Counted from the first letter of the stretch, positions 9,526-19,285 are shown. The stretch: DNA of 45,390 bases from Zoogloea sp. (GCA_017309145.1 JAFLDU010000005.1:1-45390); one strand, 5' to 3'. The notes: generated by a model not told the origin, from the letters alone. Translations and numbers: made by a program.

Positions 9526-11322
9526 ATGAGCAGCTACAACGCACCGATCCGCGACATGCAATTCGTCCTGCGCGAGCTTGCCGGCCTGGAAGCCGTGTCG
9601 GCCCTGCCGGGCTGTGAGGACGCAACCCCCGACGTGGTGGATGCCATCATCGAGGAAGCCAACAAGTTTGCCAGCGGCGTGCTGGCACCGCTGAACTGGA
9701 CGGGTGACCAGGAAGGCGCCCGCTGGGATAACGGCGAGGTCCGTACCGCCTCCGGCTGGAAGGATGCCTACACGCAGTTCGCCGAAGCGGGCTGGACCGC
9801 CCTGGCCTGCGAGCCGGAATATGGTGGCCAGGGGCTGCCCAAGCTGGTCTCCACCGTGGTGATGGAGATGTGGCAGGCCGCCAACATGGCCTTCTCCCTG
9901 TGCCCCATGCTGACCAACGGTGCCATCGAGGCGATCAAGCTGTGCGGCACCGACGAGCAGAAGGCGGCCTACCTGCCGAAGATGATCAGCGGCGAGTGGA
10001 CCGGCACGATGAATCTGACGGAGCCCCAGGCCGGCTCCGACCTGGCTGCGGTGCGCACCCGTGCCGTGCCCCAGGGTGATGGCACCTACAAGATCTTCGG
10101 CCAGAAGATCTTCATCACCTACGGTGAGCACGACATGACCGACAACATCGTGCATCTGGTGCTGGCCCGCCTGCCCGATGCACCGGAAGGGGTGAAGGGC
10201 ATCTCCCTGTTCGTGGTGCCGAAGTTCCTGCTCAACGCCGACGGCACGCCGGGGGTCCGCAATGACGTGCATTGCGTCTCCATCGAGCACAAGCTGGGCA
10301 TTCACGCCAGCCCGACGGCCGTGCTGGCCTTTGGCGACAACGGCGGCGCCATCGGTACCCTCGTCGGCGAGGCGAACCGTGGTCTCGAATACATGTTCGT
10401 GATGATGAACGAGGCCCGCTTTGCCGTGGGCATGGAAGGCCTGGCGCTGTCCGACCGGGCCTACCAGCAGGCCCTGGCCTACGCCAAGGACCGCGTGCAG
10501 GGTACCGAGGCGGGTATCCGCGGCGGACCGAAGGTCAGCATCATCCATCATGCCGACGTCCGCCGCATGCTGATGAGCATGAAGTCGCAGGTCGAGGCCC
10601 AGCGTGCCCTGGCCTACGTCGTAGGGGCGGCCACCGACATGGCCCACAATCATCCGGACGAGGCTGTGCGCGCCAGCAATCAGGCTTTTGTGGATCTGAT
10701 GATCCCGGTCGTGAAGGGCTGGCTCACCGAGGCTTCCATCGATATCACCTCCACCGGCGTGCAGATCCACGGCGGCATGGGCTTCATCGAGGAGACCGGC
10801 GCGGCCCAGCACTTCCGTGATGCGCGGATCACCGCCATCTACGAAGGTACCACTGCCATCCAGGCCAACGACCTCATCGGTCGCAAGATCGCCCGTGAGA
10901 GCGGAGTGACCGTGAAGGCCGTGATCGTCGAGATGCGCAAGGTCGAGGCCCAACTGGCCGAAGCCGCGGGCGAAGAGTTCGCCGCCATCCGCAAATCGCT
11001 GTCGTCCGCCGTGACGGCCCTCGAAGAGGCTGTGGCCTACATCGTGGCCACTTACGGCAACGACATCAAGGCGGCCTCGGTTGGCTCGGTGCCGTTCCTC
11101 AAGCTGCTGGGCATCGTCGCCGGTGGCTGGCAGATGGGGCGTGCCGCCCTGGTGGCAAGCCGCCGTCTGGCGGAGGGCAGTGGGGACGCGTCGTTCTATC
11201 AGGCCAAGATCGTGACGGCCCGCTTCTATGCCGATCACGTGTTGTCCCAAGCGCCGGGCCTGGCCTACGCGGTCGTCAATGGCGCGAGTGGTGCCCTGGC
11301 GCTGGCCGAAGACCAGTTCTGA
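9526..11322 (+). CDS. Acyl-CoA dehydrogenase (about 600-aa type)
   Basis: GTMNLTEPQAGSD, GQKIFIT, EHKLGIHAS, QIHGGMGF, IYEGT. Confidence 0.94.
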   Translation: MSSYNAPIRDMQFVLRELAGLEAVSALPGCEDATPDVVDAIIEEANKFASGVLAPLNWTGDQEGARWDNGEVRTASGWKDAYTQFAEAGWTALACEPEYGGQGLPKLVSTVVMEMWQAANMAFSLCPMLTNGAIEAIKLCGTDEQKAAYLPKMISGEWTGTMNLTEPQAGSDLAAVRTRAVPQGDGTYKIFGQKIFITYGEHDMTDNIVHLVLARLPDAPEGVKGISLFVVPKFLLNADGTPGVRNDVHCVSIEHKLGIHASPTAVLAFGDNGGAIGTLVGEANRGLEYMFVMMNEARFAVGMEGLALSDRAYQQALAYAKDRVQGTEAGIRGGPKVSIIHHADVRRMLMSMKSQVEAQRALAYVVGAATDMAHNHPDEAVRASNQAFVDLMIPVVKGWLTEASIDITSTGVQIHGGMGFIEETGAAQHFRDARITAIYEGTTAIQANDLIGRKIARESGVTVKAVIVEMRKVEAQLAEAAGEEFAAIRKSLSSAVTALEEAVAYIVATYGNDIKAASVGSVPFLKLLGIVAGGWQMGRAALVASRRLAEGSGDASFYQAKIVTARFYADHVLSQAPGLAYAVVNGASGALALAEDQF

Positions 11323-11346
11323 GCCTGCGTGCTCGATGCATGAAGG

Positions 11347-11370
11347 AAGGGGCCAGTTGGCCCCTTTTTT
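11347..11370 (+). terminator. Intrinsic terminator of the etf/acyl-CoA dehydrogenase operon
   Basis: AAGGGGCCA-gt-TGGCCCCTT followed by a T-run. Confidence 0.8.
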
Positions 11371-11575
11371 CATGGCAGTGATGAGGGGATCTGCTCAGGT
11401 CAGCCTGTCAATGAATTTACATTGATGCAATGCACCATGCGGCATAGTTCCAGGTGCCGCAGCGTGCTTTGGGCGCATGCTTGGTACATCCCTCAGAGAG
11501 CCGGCAGCACGGACTTCCCGGGTGGGGTGTCCCTCAGGCGGTCATAAAGTCAAAAGACAGTAAAAGGAGAGCGTC

Positions 11576-11689
11576 ATGGTCGGAATGTCCTGGTGGTTCG
11601 AGTACTGGGCAGGTGTGATGGATAACTGCCTCGCCCATCTCGTGACCTGGTCGCCGCCCTCGCCCGGAGAGGCGCCCGGGAAGCAGTGA
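11576..11689 (+). CDS. Putative 37-aa small protein MVGMSWWFEYWAGVMDNCLAHLVTWSPPSPGEAPGKQ
   Basis: AAAAGGAG shortly upstream of ATG 11576 in an A-rich context; own downstream terminator; below the ORF-track size cutoff. Confidence 0.55.
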   Translation: MVGMSWWFEYWAGVMDNCLAHLVTWSPPSPGEAPGKQ

Positions 11690-11763
11690 CCCGGAGTTAC
11701 CTGCGACGACCGTCGCGGGACATGGGTTGTCCAGCTTCAAGGCAGACAACCCGCCTTTTGGCA

Positions 11764-11790
11764 GAGCCGCCTACGGGCGGTTTCTTTTTT
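11764..11790 (+). terminator. Intrinsic terminator after the small ORF
   Basis: GAGCCGCC-TACG-GGCGGTTT, then C and TTTTTT (UNCG tetraloop). Confidence 0.8.
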
Positions 11791-11869
11791 CCTGGATCAA
11801 ATCCCACCCGCCCCGCGAGGGCTTAGAATTCGGAACACCTTGAACGGACGCCCTCAGGTCGGCGCCGCA

Positions 11870-11970
11870 AAGAAAAAACCCCCGGCGAGGGGAGCCGGGG
11901 GCAGAAAAATGCCTTGCTTGCTCAAGGCACCCGCTCAGGGAGGTATAGCGGGAGACGGTTCAGCACCATC
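11870..11970 (-). ncRNA. anti-hemB-like small RNA (two hairpins plus terminator)
   Basis: Minus strand reads CCCGCU-auaccucccug-AGCGGG, UGCCUUG-agcaag-CAAGGCA, CCCCCGGC-uccccuc-GCCGGGGG-UUUUUU. It lies upstream of and opposite to hemB, matching the described architecture and position of the anti-hemB motif (not aligned). Confidence 0.65.
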
Positions 11971-11976
11971 TGTTCC

Positions 11977-12004
11977 TTTGTTCATCGGGTGGCGGGAAAG
12001 TTCC
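11977..12004 (-). promoter_or_regulatory. SigmaE (RpoE)-like promoter for the sRNA
   Basis: Minus strand GGAACTT-N16-ACAAA versus consensus GGAACTT-N16-TCAAA. Confidence 0.45.
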
Positions 12005-12029
12005 TGCCCCGATTCGTATCCGAATGTAA

Positions 12030-13055
<1,026 letters not shown>

Positions 13056-13072
13056 TACCAGGCAATCCCATG

Positions 13073-13102
13073 CCCTGGCCCCCGCTGCAGCGTGGGCCAG
13101 GG
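13073..13102. terminator. GC-rich hairpin between convergent hemB and NlpC/P60 genes
   Basis: CCCTGGCCC...GGGCCAGGG arms around the palindrome CGCTGCAGCG; no clear U-tract. Confidence 0.4.
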
Positions 13103-13104
13103 GC

Positions 13105-13659
13105 TCAGCCTTCCGGCAGCAGGGTGCGTGCGCCCTCGAAGCGATCGGCGAAGTAGCGGCTGTCCAGCCGATCCATGCGGACCTTGCCCTTGCTGCTGGG
13201 GGCATGGATGAACTTGCCGTCGCCCATGTAGATGCCCATGTGGGAGTAGGGGCGGCCAAGAGTGTTGAAGAACACCAGATCGCCCGGGCGCAGGGCCTGG
13301 GTCGCAATCGGGCGGGTGCGCTCGGCGATTCCCGCGGCGTTGTGGGGCAGGCGACGCCCACTGACCTGCTCCACGATGTAGCTCACCATGCCGCTGCAAT
13401 CCAGGCCGGCGTCCGGGTTCTTGCCGCCGAAACGGTAGCCGGTGTCGAGCAGCCCGAGCGCAAACATCACCATCTCCTGACCATGGTCTTCGCTGGGCAA
13501 GGCGAACCAGCCACCTGCCGGCGGGCGGTGAGCCTGGGTTGATGGGGGCGGGGGGCTGTCCGGGCGTTTCGGGCTCTGGCCGCAGCCGGCCAGCAGCATA
13601 GCGACCAGCAGCGCGGCCGCCGCGGCTTCAGGCCGTAAGGCGAAAGGTGACCGGACCAT
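13105..13659 (-). CDS. NlpC/P60 (C40) peptidase lipoprotein
   Basis: Lipobox LLAGC; YRFGG...[30 protein letters not shown]. Confidence 0.92.
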   Translation of the reverse strand: MVRSPFALRPEAAAAALLVAMLLAGCGQSPKRPDSPPPPSTQAHRPPAGGWFALPSEDHGQEMVMFALGLLDTGYRFGGKNPDAGLDCSGMVSYIVEQVSGRRLPHNAAGIAERTRPIATQALRPGDLVFFNTLGRPYSHMGIYMGDGKFIHAPSSKGKVRMDRLDSRYFADRFEGARTLLPEG

Positions 13660-14065
13660 GATTGACCAGTGAGACCGTCATTTCCGCGCCAAACTCGCCG
13701 GTGGCCACCTGGCCGTGTTGCCGGCGCGCGAGGGCGACGAATTCATTGAAGAGGCGTTCCGCCACGTCGGGCGCAGCGGCCGGCGTGAAGCTCGGCCGGG
13801 TGCCCTTGGCCGTGTCGGCCGCCAGGGTGAACTGGGAGACCAGCAGCAGCCCGCCGCCGGTGTCCGCCAGCGAGCGGTTCATGCGGCCATCCTGATCGGC
13901 AAAGACCCGGTAGCCGAGCAGGCGTTCCACCATGCGGGCCGCGTTGGCCGGCCCGTCGTTCCGCTCCACGGCAACCAGGGCGAGCAGGCCGGGGCCTATC
14001 TCGCCGACCGTCCGGTCCGCCACGGTGACGCGGGCTTCGAGGACACGCTGGATCAGGGCAATCAT
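13628..14065 (-). CDS. dtd: D-aminoacyl-tRNA deacylase
   Basis: [33 protein letters not shown]; ATGA overlap with the upstream gene. Confidence 0.95.
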   Translation of the reverse strand: MIALIQRVLEARVTVADRTVGEIGPGLLALVAVERNDGPANAARMVERLLGYRVFADQDGRMNRSLADTGGGLLLVSQFTLAADTAKGTRPSFTPAAAPDVAERLFNEFVALARRQHGQVATGEFGAEMTVSLVNHGPVTFRLTA

Positions 14066-14775
14066 TCGAGCAGCTCGATCTGGCCACTGACATTCACCGT
14101 CACCGGGCTGTCGCCGGCCTCGATGGGGGCCGGGGCTCCGCCATCGGCGCTCATCATCGGCGCGGTGCGGGCATAGGCGATCATCGGCTTGGGCTGGATG
14201 CCGCCGGTGTGCACCGAGATCTGGCGGATCTTCCACTTCTTGCCCAGGGTGCCGGCCACCAGCCGGGCCCGTGCCTCAAAGGCACCGAGTGCTTCGACGA
14301 TGGCCTCGTCGGTGGATTTCTTCAGGGTGGCGGGAGCAGGGCTCGCATTGAGCCCTGTGACGGCCATGTTCTGCTGGAGCTTGCCGAGCAATTCCGACAG
14401 CACCGCCGAGTCGCTGCTCTCCAGGGCGAGGCTGGAACGCATGCGCCAGGCGTCAATGGTCCGGCCACTCTTGCCATATACCGGGTAGGTCGCGCTGCCG
14501 GCCGAGCGGACTTTCACGGCGGGGTAGGCCCGGGCGGTCTGGATCGCCTGCGTCACCGTGAGATTGACCCGGCGGGCCAGCTCGCCGGGGCTGGCATCGG
14601 TGGCCTCCGCATAGACTTCGGCCCGGAACAGGTCGTTGGGGCTGCTGCGCGAGGCCTCCACGGAAATGTCGGCGGTGGGCGGGCCGGGAGGTTCTGCGGC
14701 GGATGCGGAGACGGCCGTCAGGGCGAGCACCAGGGAGGTGAGGGAGGTGAAGAGGGCGGCAGGACGGAGGCTCAT
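14062..14775 (-). CDS. SIMPL-domain (DUF541) periplasmic protein
   Basis: Signal peptide; TYPVY...AWR, and C-terminal [18 protein letters not shown]; AGGAG before ATG 14775. Confidence 0.85.
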   Translation of the reverse strand: MSLRPAALFTSLTSLVLALTAVSASAAEPPGPPTADISVEASRSSPNDLFRAEVYAEATDASPGELARRVNLTVTQAIQTARAYPAVKVRSAGSATYPVYGKSGRTIDAWRMRSSLALESSDSAVLSELLGKLQQNMAVTGLNASPAPATLKKSTDEAIVEALGAFEARARLVAGTLGKKWKIRQISVHTGGIQPKPMIAYARTAPMMSADGGAPAPIEAGDSPVTVNVSGQIELLE

Positions 14776-14970
14776 GGCCTGGCTCCTTGAAGTCTGATGG
14801 CACGCAAGGTGCGGAACGGCGTCATTCTCGCCGAATGGCTGGCGGATGCAAGCGCCGGGTAGGGCCTTGCCGGTCCTGCAGGGCTGCAGGACAGATGAAT
14901 GCGCGCCATGGCTTGACCTGGCGGGAGGCGGGCGGCAGCATCGAGCCCCTTTGCCTTGCTGATTGTCGTC

Positions 14971-15867
14971 ATGGATCGATCTCGTGCGCTGGGCGCCGGC
15001 CTTGTGGCTGTGTCCGCAGCCTCCTTCGGTGCGATGGCCATCTTTGCGCGCCTGGCCCTGGCCGAAGGCGTGGATGTGCCCACCATGCTCTTCCTGCGCT
15101 TCACGGTGGCCGGCGGTCTGCTGGCCGCCTTCATGATGATGTCCGGCAGGTCGTGGCCCACCGGGAGAAACCTGTGGGTACTGATCCTGATGGGTGCCGT
15201 CGGCTACGTAGGCCAGTCCTTCTGTTTCTTTTCGGCCCTGGGCCACGCATCGGCGGGGCTGGTGGCGCTGCTGCTATACCTCTATCCGTTCATCGTCACC
15301 GTACTGAGCGTGCTCTTCCTTGGAGAGCGTCTGACTCCCTTGCGGCTTGGCGCCGTGCTGGCCGCCCTGTGCGGGACGGCACTGATCCTGGGCTCCGGCA
15401 TCGAGGGTAGTCCGTTGGGAATAGGCTTTGGACTGGCCGCGGCATTGATCTACTCGGTCTATATCCTGGTGGGGGGCAGGGTGCTGCGCGAGGAGGATCC
15501 ATTGGCGGCTGCCACCGTGGTGATGCTGGCGGCAGCTGCTGTCTTCGGAGCACGGATGCTGCTGCAGGTGCCCGCGCTGCCGACTACGCCAACCGCCTGG
15601 GCCGCGGTCCTGGCGATTGCCCTGGTGTCCACGATCGTTGCCATGGTGGGCTTCTTCGCGGGCTTGCGGCGTCTTGGCGCGGCCGACGCGGCGACCCTGT
15701 CCACCCTGGAGCCGGTGGTGACCTTCGTGCTGGCGGCCCTGGTGCTGGGCGAGCCGGTGGGCCCGCTCCAGGTGCTGGGTGGGGGAATCGTGCTGGCTGC
15801 GGTGGCGGCGCTTGCCCGCGGCAAGCGCCCGACCGGTCAGGGCAGCGGCTCGACCAGATCCCGGTAG
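14971..15867 (+). CDS. EamA/DMT-family transporter
   Basis: About 10 TM helices in two EamA repeats; LYLYP and LSTLEPV motifs. Confidence 0.88.
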   Translation: MDRSRALGAGLVAVSAASFGAMAIFARLALAEGVDVPTMLFLRFTVAGGLLAAFMMMSGRSWPTGRNLWVLILMGAVGYVGQSFCFFSALGHASAGLVALLLYLYPFIVTVLSVLFLGERLTPLRLGAVLAALCGTALILGSGIEGSPLGIGFGLAAALIYSVYILVGGRVLREEDPLAAATVVMLAAAAVFGARMLLQVPALPTTPTAWAAVLAIALVSTIVAMVGFFAGLRRLGAADAATLSTLEPVVTFVLAALVLGEPVGPLQVLGGGIVLAAVAALARGKRPTGQGSGSTRSR

Positions 15868-16628
15868 GCGTGCCAGGTGGCATGCCCGATGATCGGCATC
15901 AGCACGGCCAGTCCGATGTGGAAGCTGAGGAAGCCCAGCAGTGTGGTGCCGACGATCAGCGCGGCCCAGAACAACAGGGGCAGCGGGTTTTCGGCGAGGG
16001 CGCGGATGCTGGCCAGCATCGAGGTGATGGCGTCCTGGTTGCGATCCAGCATCAGGGGGATGGAGACCACGCTCACCGCGAAGACCAGCAGCGCAAAGAC
16101 CAGTCCGACCGAGAAGTAGACGATCAGGAACTCCAGGTTTTCGAGGGCCAGGACCTGGGTCAGAAAGCCCGTGAGGTTGGGCAGCTCCTGGGTGTAGAAC
16201 ATGGCGAAGACCACCAGTGAGGCGCGGGCCCAGATCAGGAAGATGACCGTCAGCACCGCGGCAAAGACCGCGATGTTGCCGGCATTGCGTCGCCACACGG
16301 TGAGGGTGGGTGCCAGCGCGCAGACCTCGCCTCTTTCCCGTCGCCGCGACAGCTCGTACAGGCCCATCGCAAAGAAGGGCGCCAGGAGCAGGAAGCCTGT
16401 GGTGACCGCCGAGGTGTATTGATAGGCATGCTCGAAGACGAAGGTCACGAGCAGCCCCATGCCGGTGAAGCAGAAGCCGTAGAACAGGCTGGCCACGGGG
16501 CAGGCCTTGAGGTCGGAGAGGCCTCGGGCCATCCAGCGCAGGGGGGCACTGAAGCCGATGCTGCGGATGCTCGGGAAGGGCAGGCCGGCGCCGGCCTGGT
16601 CGTCCGATGGGGATTGGTGCTGAGCCAT
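15837..16628 (-). CDS. DUF2189-family membrane protein
   Basis: PLRWMARGLSDL, GLYELSRRRE, PIIGHATWHAYRDLV. Confidence 0.8.
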   Translation of the reverse strand: MAQHQSPSDDQAGAGLPFPSIRSIGFSAPLRWMARGLSDLKACPVASLFYGFCFTGMGLLVTFVFEHAYQYTSAVTTGFLLLAPFFAMGLYELSRRRERGEVCALAPTLTVWRRNAGNIAVFAAVLTVIFLIWARASLVVFAMFYTQELPNLTGFLTQVLALENLEFLIVYFSVGLVFALLVFAVSVVSIPLMLDRNQDAITSMLASIRALAENPLPLLFWAALIVGTTLLGFLSFHIGLAVLMPIIGHATWHAYRDLVEPLP

Positions 16629-16732
16629 GAGTTGTCTCCGTTATCGTTTTTTGGATGTAAATGGCTGGGAGCGCCTGGGGCGGTCCATCGTGCAGCAACG
16701 ATGGACGGGCCCGGGTAAGGCTATAGGTCAGG

Positions 16733-17563
16733 TCATGGACGCTCCTGGAGGGAGGATGCGAAAGCGCCGGCAAAGTTCCACAGCCCTTCGAGCACGGCCG
16801 CGGGCGCTTCGGCCATCATTGCATGGCCTGCGTCGGGAATGACGAGCTTGCGCACGGGCGTGTCCTGGCTGAAGGCCCCGGCCAGCGGCGCGATGGCCTT
16901 GGGGGGCGTCATGCGATCCTGCGCCGCGCTGAGCAGCAGGGTCGGGCAGCGGACCCGCGCAGCGGCGTCGAAGCCGCCGGCGTAGGCGTTGCAGGCAGAC
17001 ATGTCACGGTGCAATACCCCGTGGCCCTGGCGCTGCATCAGGCGCTCGTTCATGGCCGTGAGGTTCATCCCTGGAATGCTGCTGCTGCCGAGCTGGCTGC
17101 GAGGCGCGTAGGACCACTGGTTGATCATGGCGTGGGCCTTGTCGCGGTTGGCGAGGGTGGCCTCGAGCAGGGGCGGCGCCACCGGCATCGGGGCGACCGA
17201 GCCGATCAGGGCGAGCAGGGAAACCTTGTCGGGGGAGCGGGCCGCGGTTTCAAGGGCAATCAAGGACCCCATGCTGTGGCCGGCGAGCAGGGTCGGACCG
17301 GTTCCTGCAGCCTCGAGGAGGGCGGCAACCCAGTCGGCCAACTCACCGATGGACTCCCGCTGCGGGCCTTCGGACTGGCCGTGGCCGGGCAGGTCGGGGA
17401 CCAGCACATTCCAGCCATGGGTGGCGAAGTAGCGGCTCTGCAAGGTCCACACGCTGTGGTCATGGCCGGCGCCGTGGATGAGGACGAGGGTGGGCCGGCC
17501 GGGCTGATGGGCGCGGCCGCCGGTGTAGCAATAAACGGACTTGCCGGAGACGGTGAGTTTCAT
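16733..17563 (-). CDS. Alpha/beta fold hydrolase
   Basis: IHGAG oxyanion loop, DLPGHG, nucleophile GHSMG, DRMTP, catalytic AGH. Confidence 0.9.
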   Translation of the reverse strand: MKLTVSGKSVYCYTGGRAHQPGRPTLVLIHGAGHDHSVWTLQSRYFATHGWNVLVPDLPGHGQSEGPQRESIGELADWVAALLEAAGTGPTLLAGHSMGSLIALETAARSPDKVSLLALIGSVAPMPVAPPLLEATLANRDKAHAMINQWSYAPRSQLGSSSIPGMNLTAMNERLMQRQGHGVLHRDMSACNAYAGGFDAAARVRCPTLLLSAAQDRMTPPKAIAPLAGAFSQDTPVRKLVIPDAGHAMMAEAPAAVLEGLWNFAGAFASSLQERP

Positions 17564-17573
17564 CGTGGGTCGT

Positions 17574-18878
17574 TCAGGCGCAGGCTTTCTGGGCGGCGTA
17601 CAGGCCCCGATCCAGATCTTCGATCAGGTCGGTGGCGGTTTCGAGGCCGGTGGACAGGCGGATGGTGCCTTCCGTGATACCGGCGGCAAGGAGGCTCTCG
17701 GCGGACATCCGGAAGTGGGTGGTGCTGGCCGGATGGATCGCCAGGGACTTGGCATCACCCACATTGGCCAGATGGGAGAACAGCCGGAGGCCTTCGATGA
17801 AGGCGCTGCCGGCCTTGCGTCCGCCCTTCAGGCTGAAGCTGAAGACGCCGCCGCAGCCCTTGGGCAGCAGGCGCGCCGCCAGGGCCTTGTCCGGGTGGGT
17901 GTCAAGTTCGGGCCACGACACGGACTCGACAAAGGGGTGCTTCACCAAATGCTCGACCAGGGTGCGGGCGTTGGCGACATGGCGCTCCATGCGCAGGCCG
18001 AGGGTCTCCATGCCCTGCAGGATCTGGAAGGCGTTCATCGGCGACAGGCAGGCACCGAAGTCGCGCAGGCCTTCGCGGCGGGCGCGCAGCAGGAAGGCGG
18101 CGATGGGGGACTCCTCGGCGAAGTCCATGCCGTGAAAGCCCTCGTAGGGCTCGGTGAGGGTCGGGAAACGCCCCTCGCTGGCTTCCCAGTCGAAATGGCC
18201 CCCGTCCACCAGCAGGCCGCCGATGGCGACGCCGTGACCGCCCAGGTACTTGGTGGCGGAGTGCATGACGATGTTGGCGCCCAGGTCGATGGGGGATTGC
18301 AGGATGGGCGTGACCAGGGTGGCATCCACCATCAGCGGCAGGCGTGCATCACGGGCGATCTGGGCCAGGGTCGGGATGTCCAGCACCTCCAGCCCCGGGT
18401 TGCCGATGGATTCGCCGAACAGCAGACGGGTGTTGGGGCGGATGGCCGCCCGCCAGGCGTCCGCATCGCCGGCCGGCACGAAGGTGGTCTCGATGCCGAA
18501 GCGGGGCAGGGTGTAGCCCAGCAGGTTGTGGGAGCCGCCGTACAGCGAGCGGGATGCGACGATGTGGCCGCCGCTGCCCATCAGGGTGGTGATGGCCAGG
18601 GTCAGAGCCGCCTGGCCGCTGGCGCAGGCGATGGCGCCAACCCCGCCGTCCAGGGCGGCGATGCGTTCCTCCAGCACTGCGTTGGTCGGGTTGGAGATGC
18701 GCGAGTACACGTGTCCGGCCCGCTCCTGGTTGAACAGGGCTGCGGCGTGGTCACCACTTTCGAAGACGTAGCTGGTGGTGAAGTGGATCGGTGTTGCGCG
18801 TGAGTGGTGGACGGGATCAGGCGTCTGTCCGGCGTGCAGGGCGAGCGTGTCGGCCCCGGCGTTTCGGTGGATGGGCAT
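17574..18878 (-). CDS. O-acetylhomoserine aminocarboxypropyltransferase (MetY-like, Cys/Met PLP family)
   Basis: YSRISNPT, LYGGS, PLP lysine HSATKYLGGHG, HLANVGDAKSL..HPASTTH. Confidence 0.9.
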   Translation of the reverse strand: MPIHRNAGADTLALHAGQTPDPVHHSRATPIHFTTSYVFESGDHAAALFNQERAGHVYSRISNPTNAVLEERIAALDGGVGAIACASGQAALTLAITTLMGSGGHIVASRSLYGGSHNLLGYTLPRFGIETTFVPAGDADAWRAAIRPNTRLLFGESIGNPGLEVLDIPTLAQIARDARLPLMVDATLVTPILQSPIDLGANIVMHSATKYLGGHGVAIGGLLVDGGHFDWEASEGRFPTLTEPYEGFHGMDFAEESPIAAFLLRARREGLRDFGACLSPMNAFQILQGMETLGLRMERHVANARTLVEHLVKHPFVESVSWPELDTHPDKALAARLLPKGCGGVFSFSLKGGRKAGSAFIEGLRLFSHLANVGDAKSLAIHPASTTHFRMSAESLLAAGITEGTIRLSTGLETATDLIEDLDRGLYAAQKACA

Positions 18879-18911
18879 GCAGTCGGGATCGTCAGGGTGG
18901 GTTGAGGGGCG

Positions 18912-19136
18912 TCAGGCGGGCACATCCGGGTCGAGCAGCCGCTCGATCAGGGAGATGCGGTCTTTCAGGACCAGCTTGCGCTTCTTGAGGCGCCGCAATA
19001 GCAGGTCGTCTCCGGGAGGCGGGGCGATCGAGACCTGGGCGATGACTGCGTCGAGATCCCTGTGCTCGGTCGTCAGTGCTGCCAGGCGGGAGGCAAGGCT
19101 GGTGACGTCGGCATCGAGTTCGTTGCAGTCGTTCAT
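18912..19136 (-). CDS. DUF465/YdcH-family small protein
   Basis: EHRDLD...RRLKKRKLVLKDRI signature. Confidence 0.85.
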   Translation of the reverse strand: MNDCNELDADVTSLASRLAALTTEHRDLDAVIAQVSIAPPPGDDLLLRRLKKRKLVLKDRISLIERLLDPDVPA

Positions 19137-19205
19137 GGCATGGAGCGGAGGCTGGTTTCGTTGAATCTTAGGCGTGGTGGATAGGAAATACAACGTCACG
19201 GGGAA

Positions 19206-19233
19206 CTTGAAGTACCCGGATGGGCTCCCATCT
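19206..19233 (+). promoter_or_regulatory. Sigma32-like promoter
   Basis: CTTGAA-N14-TCCCATCT upstream of the DUF3567 gene. Confidence 0.55.
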
Positions 19234-19285
19234 TCGGTAGCATCGATGCCCATTGGGGCACAACCCAGTGATCAGGAGGCCTGTC

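Noticed and set aside
9499-11373. Long antisense ORFs (also 2158-3882, 22023-23879, 37412-39082, 43584-45326)
   Set aside because: Shadow ORFs expected from high-GC codon bias opposite well-supported genes; no recognisable motifs
11485-11570. Glycine riboswitch (two CCTCAG motifs followed by GACAG)
   Set aside because: The conserved GGAGA and CCGAAG elements are absent at the required positions, and no glycine-related gene follows
11576-11689. RiPP precursor peptide
   Set aside because: No modification enzyme, dedicated peptidase or exporter nearby
11640-11695. SRP (4.5S) RNA, suggested by ACCTGGTC...GAAGCAG
   Set aside because: The CAGG..GRAA..AGCA helix-8 geometry and the long closing stem are missing
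11576-11790. TrpL-type attenuator leader for hemB (tandem Trp codons)
   Set aside because: The Trp codons are about 170 nt from the terminator, and no Trp-related gene is downstream
14798-14812. Sigma54 promoter TGGCAC-N5-GTGC toward the EamA gene
   Set aside because: Imperfect -12 element, about 160 nt from the start codon, and no supporting context; may be chance
18879-18911. SAM/SAH riboswitch upstream of the metY-like gene
   Set aside because: The gap is only about 33 nt and has no matching motif
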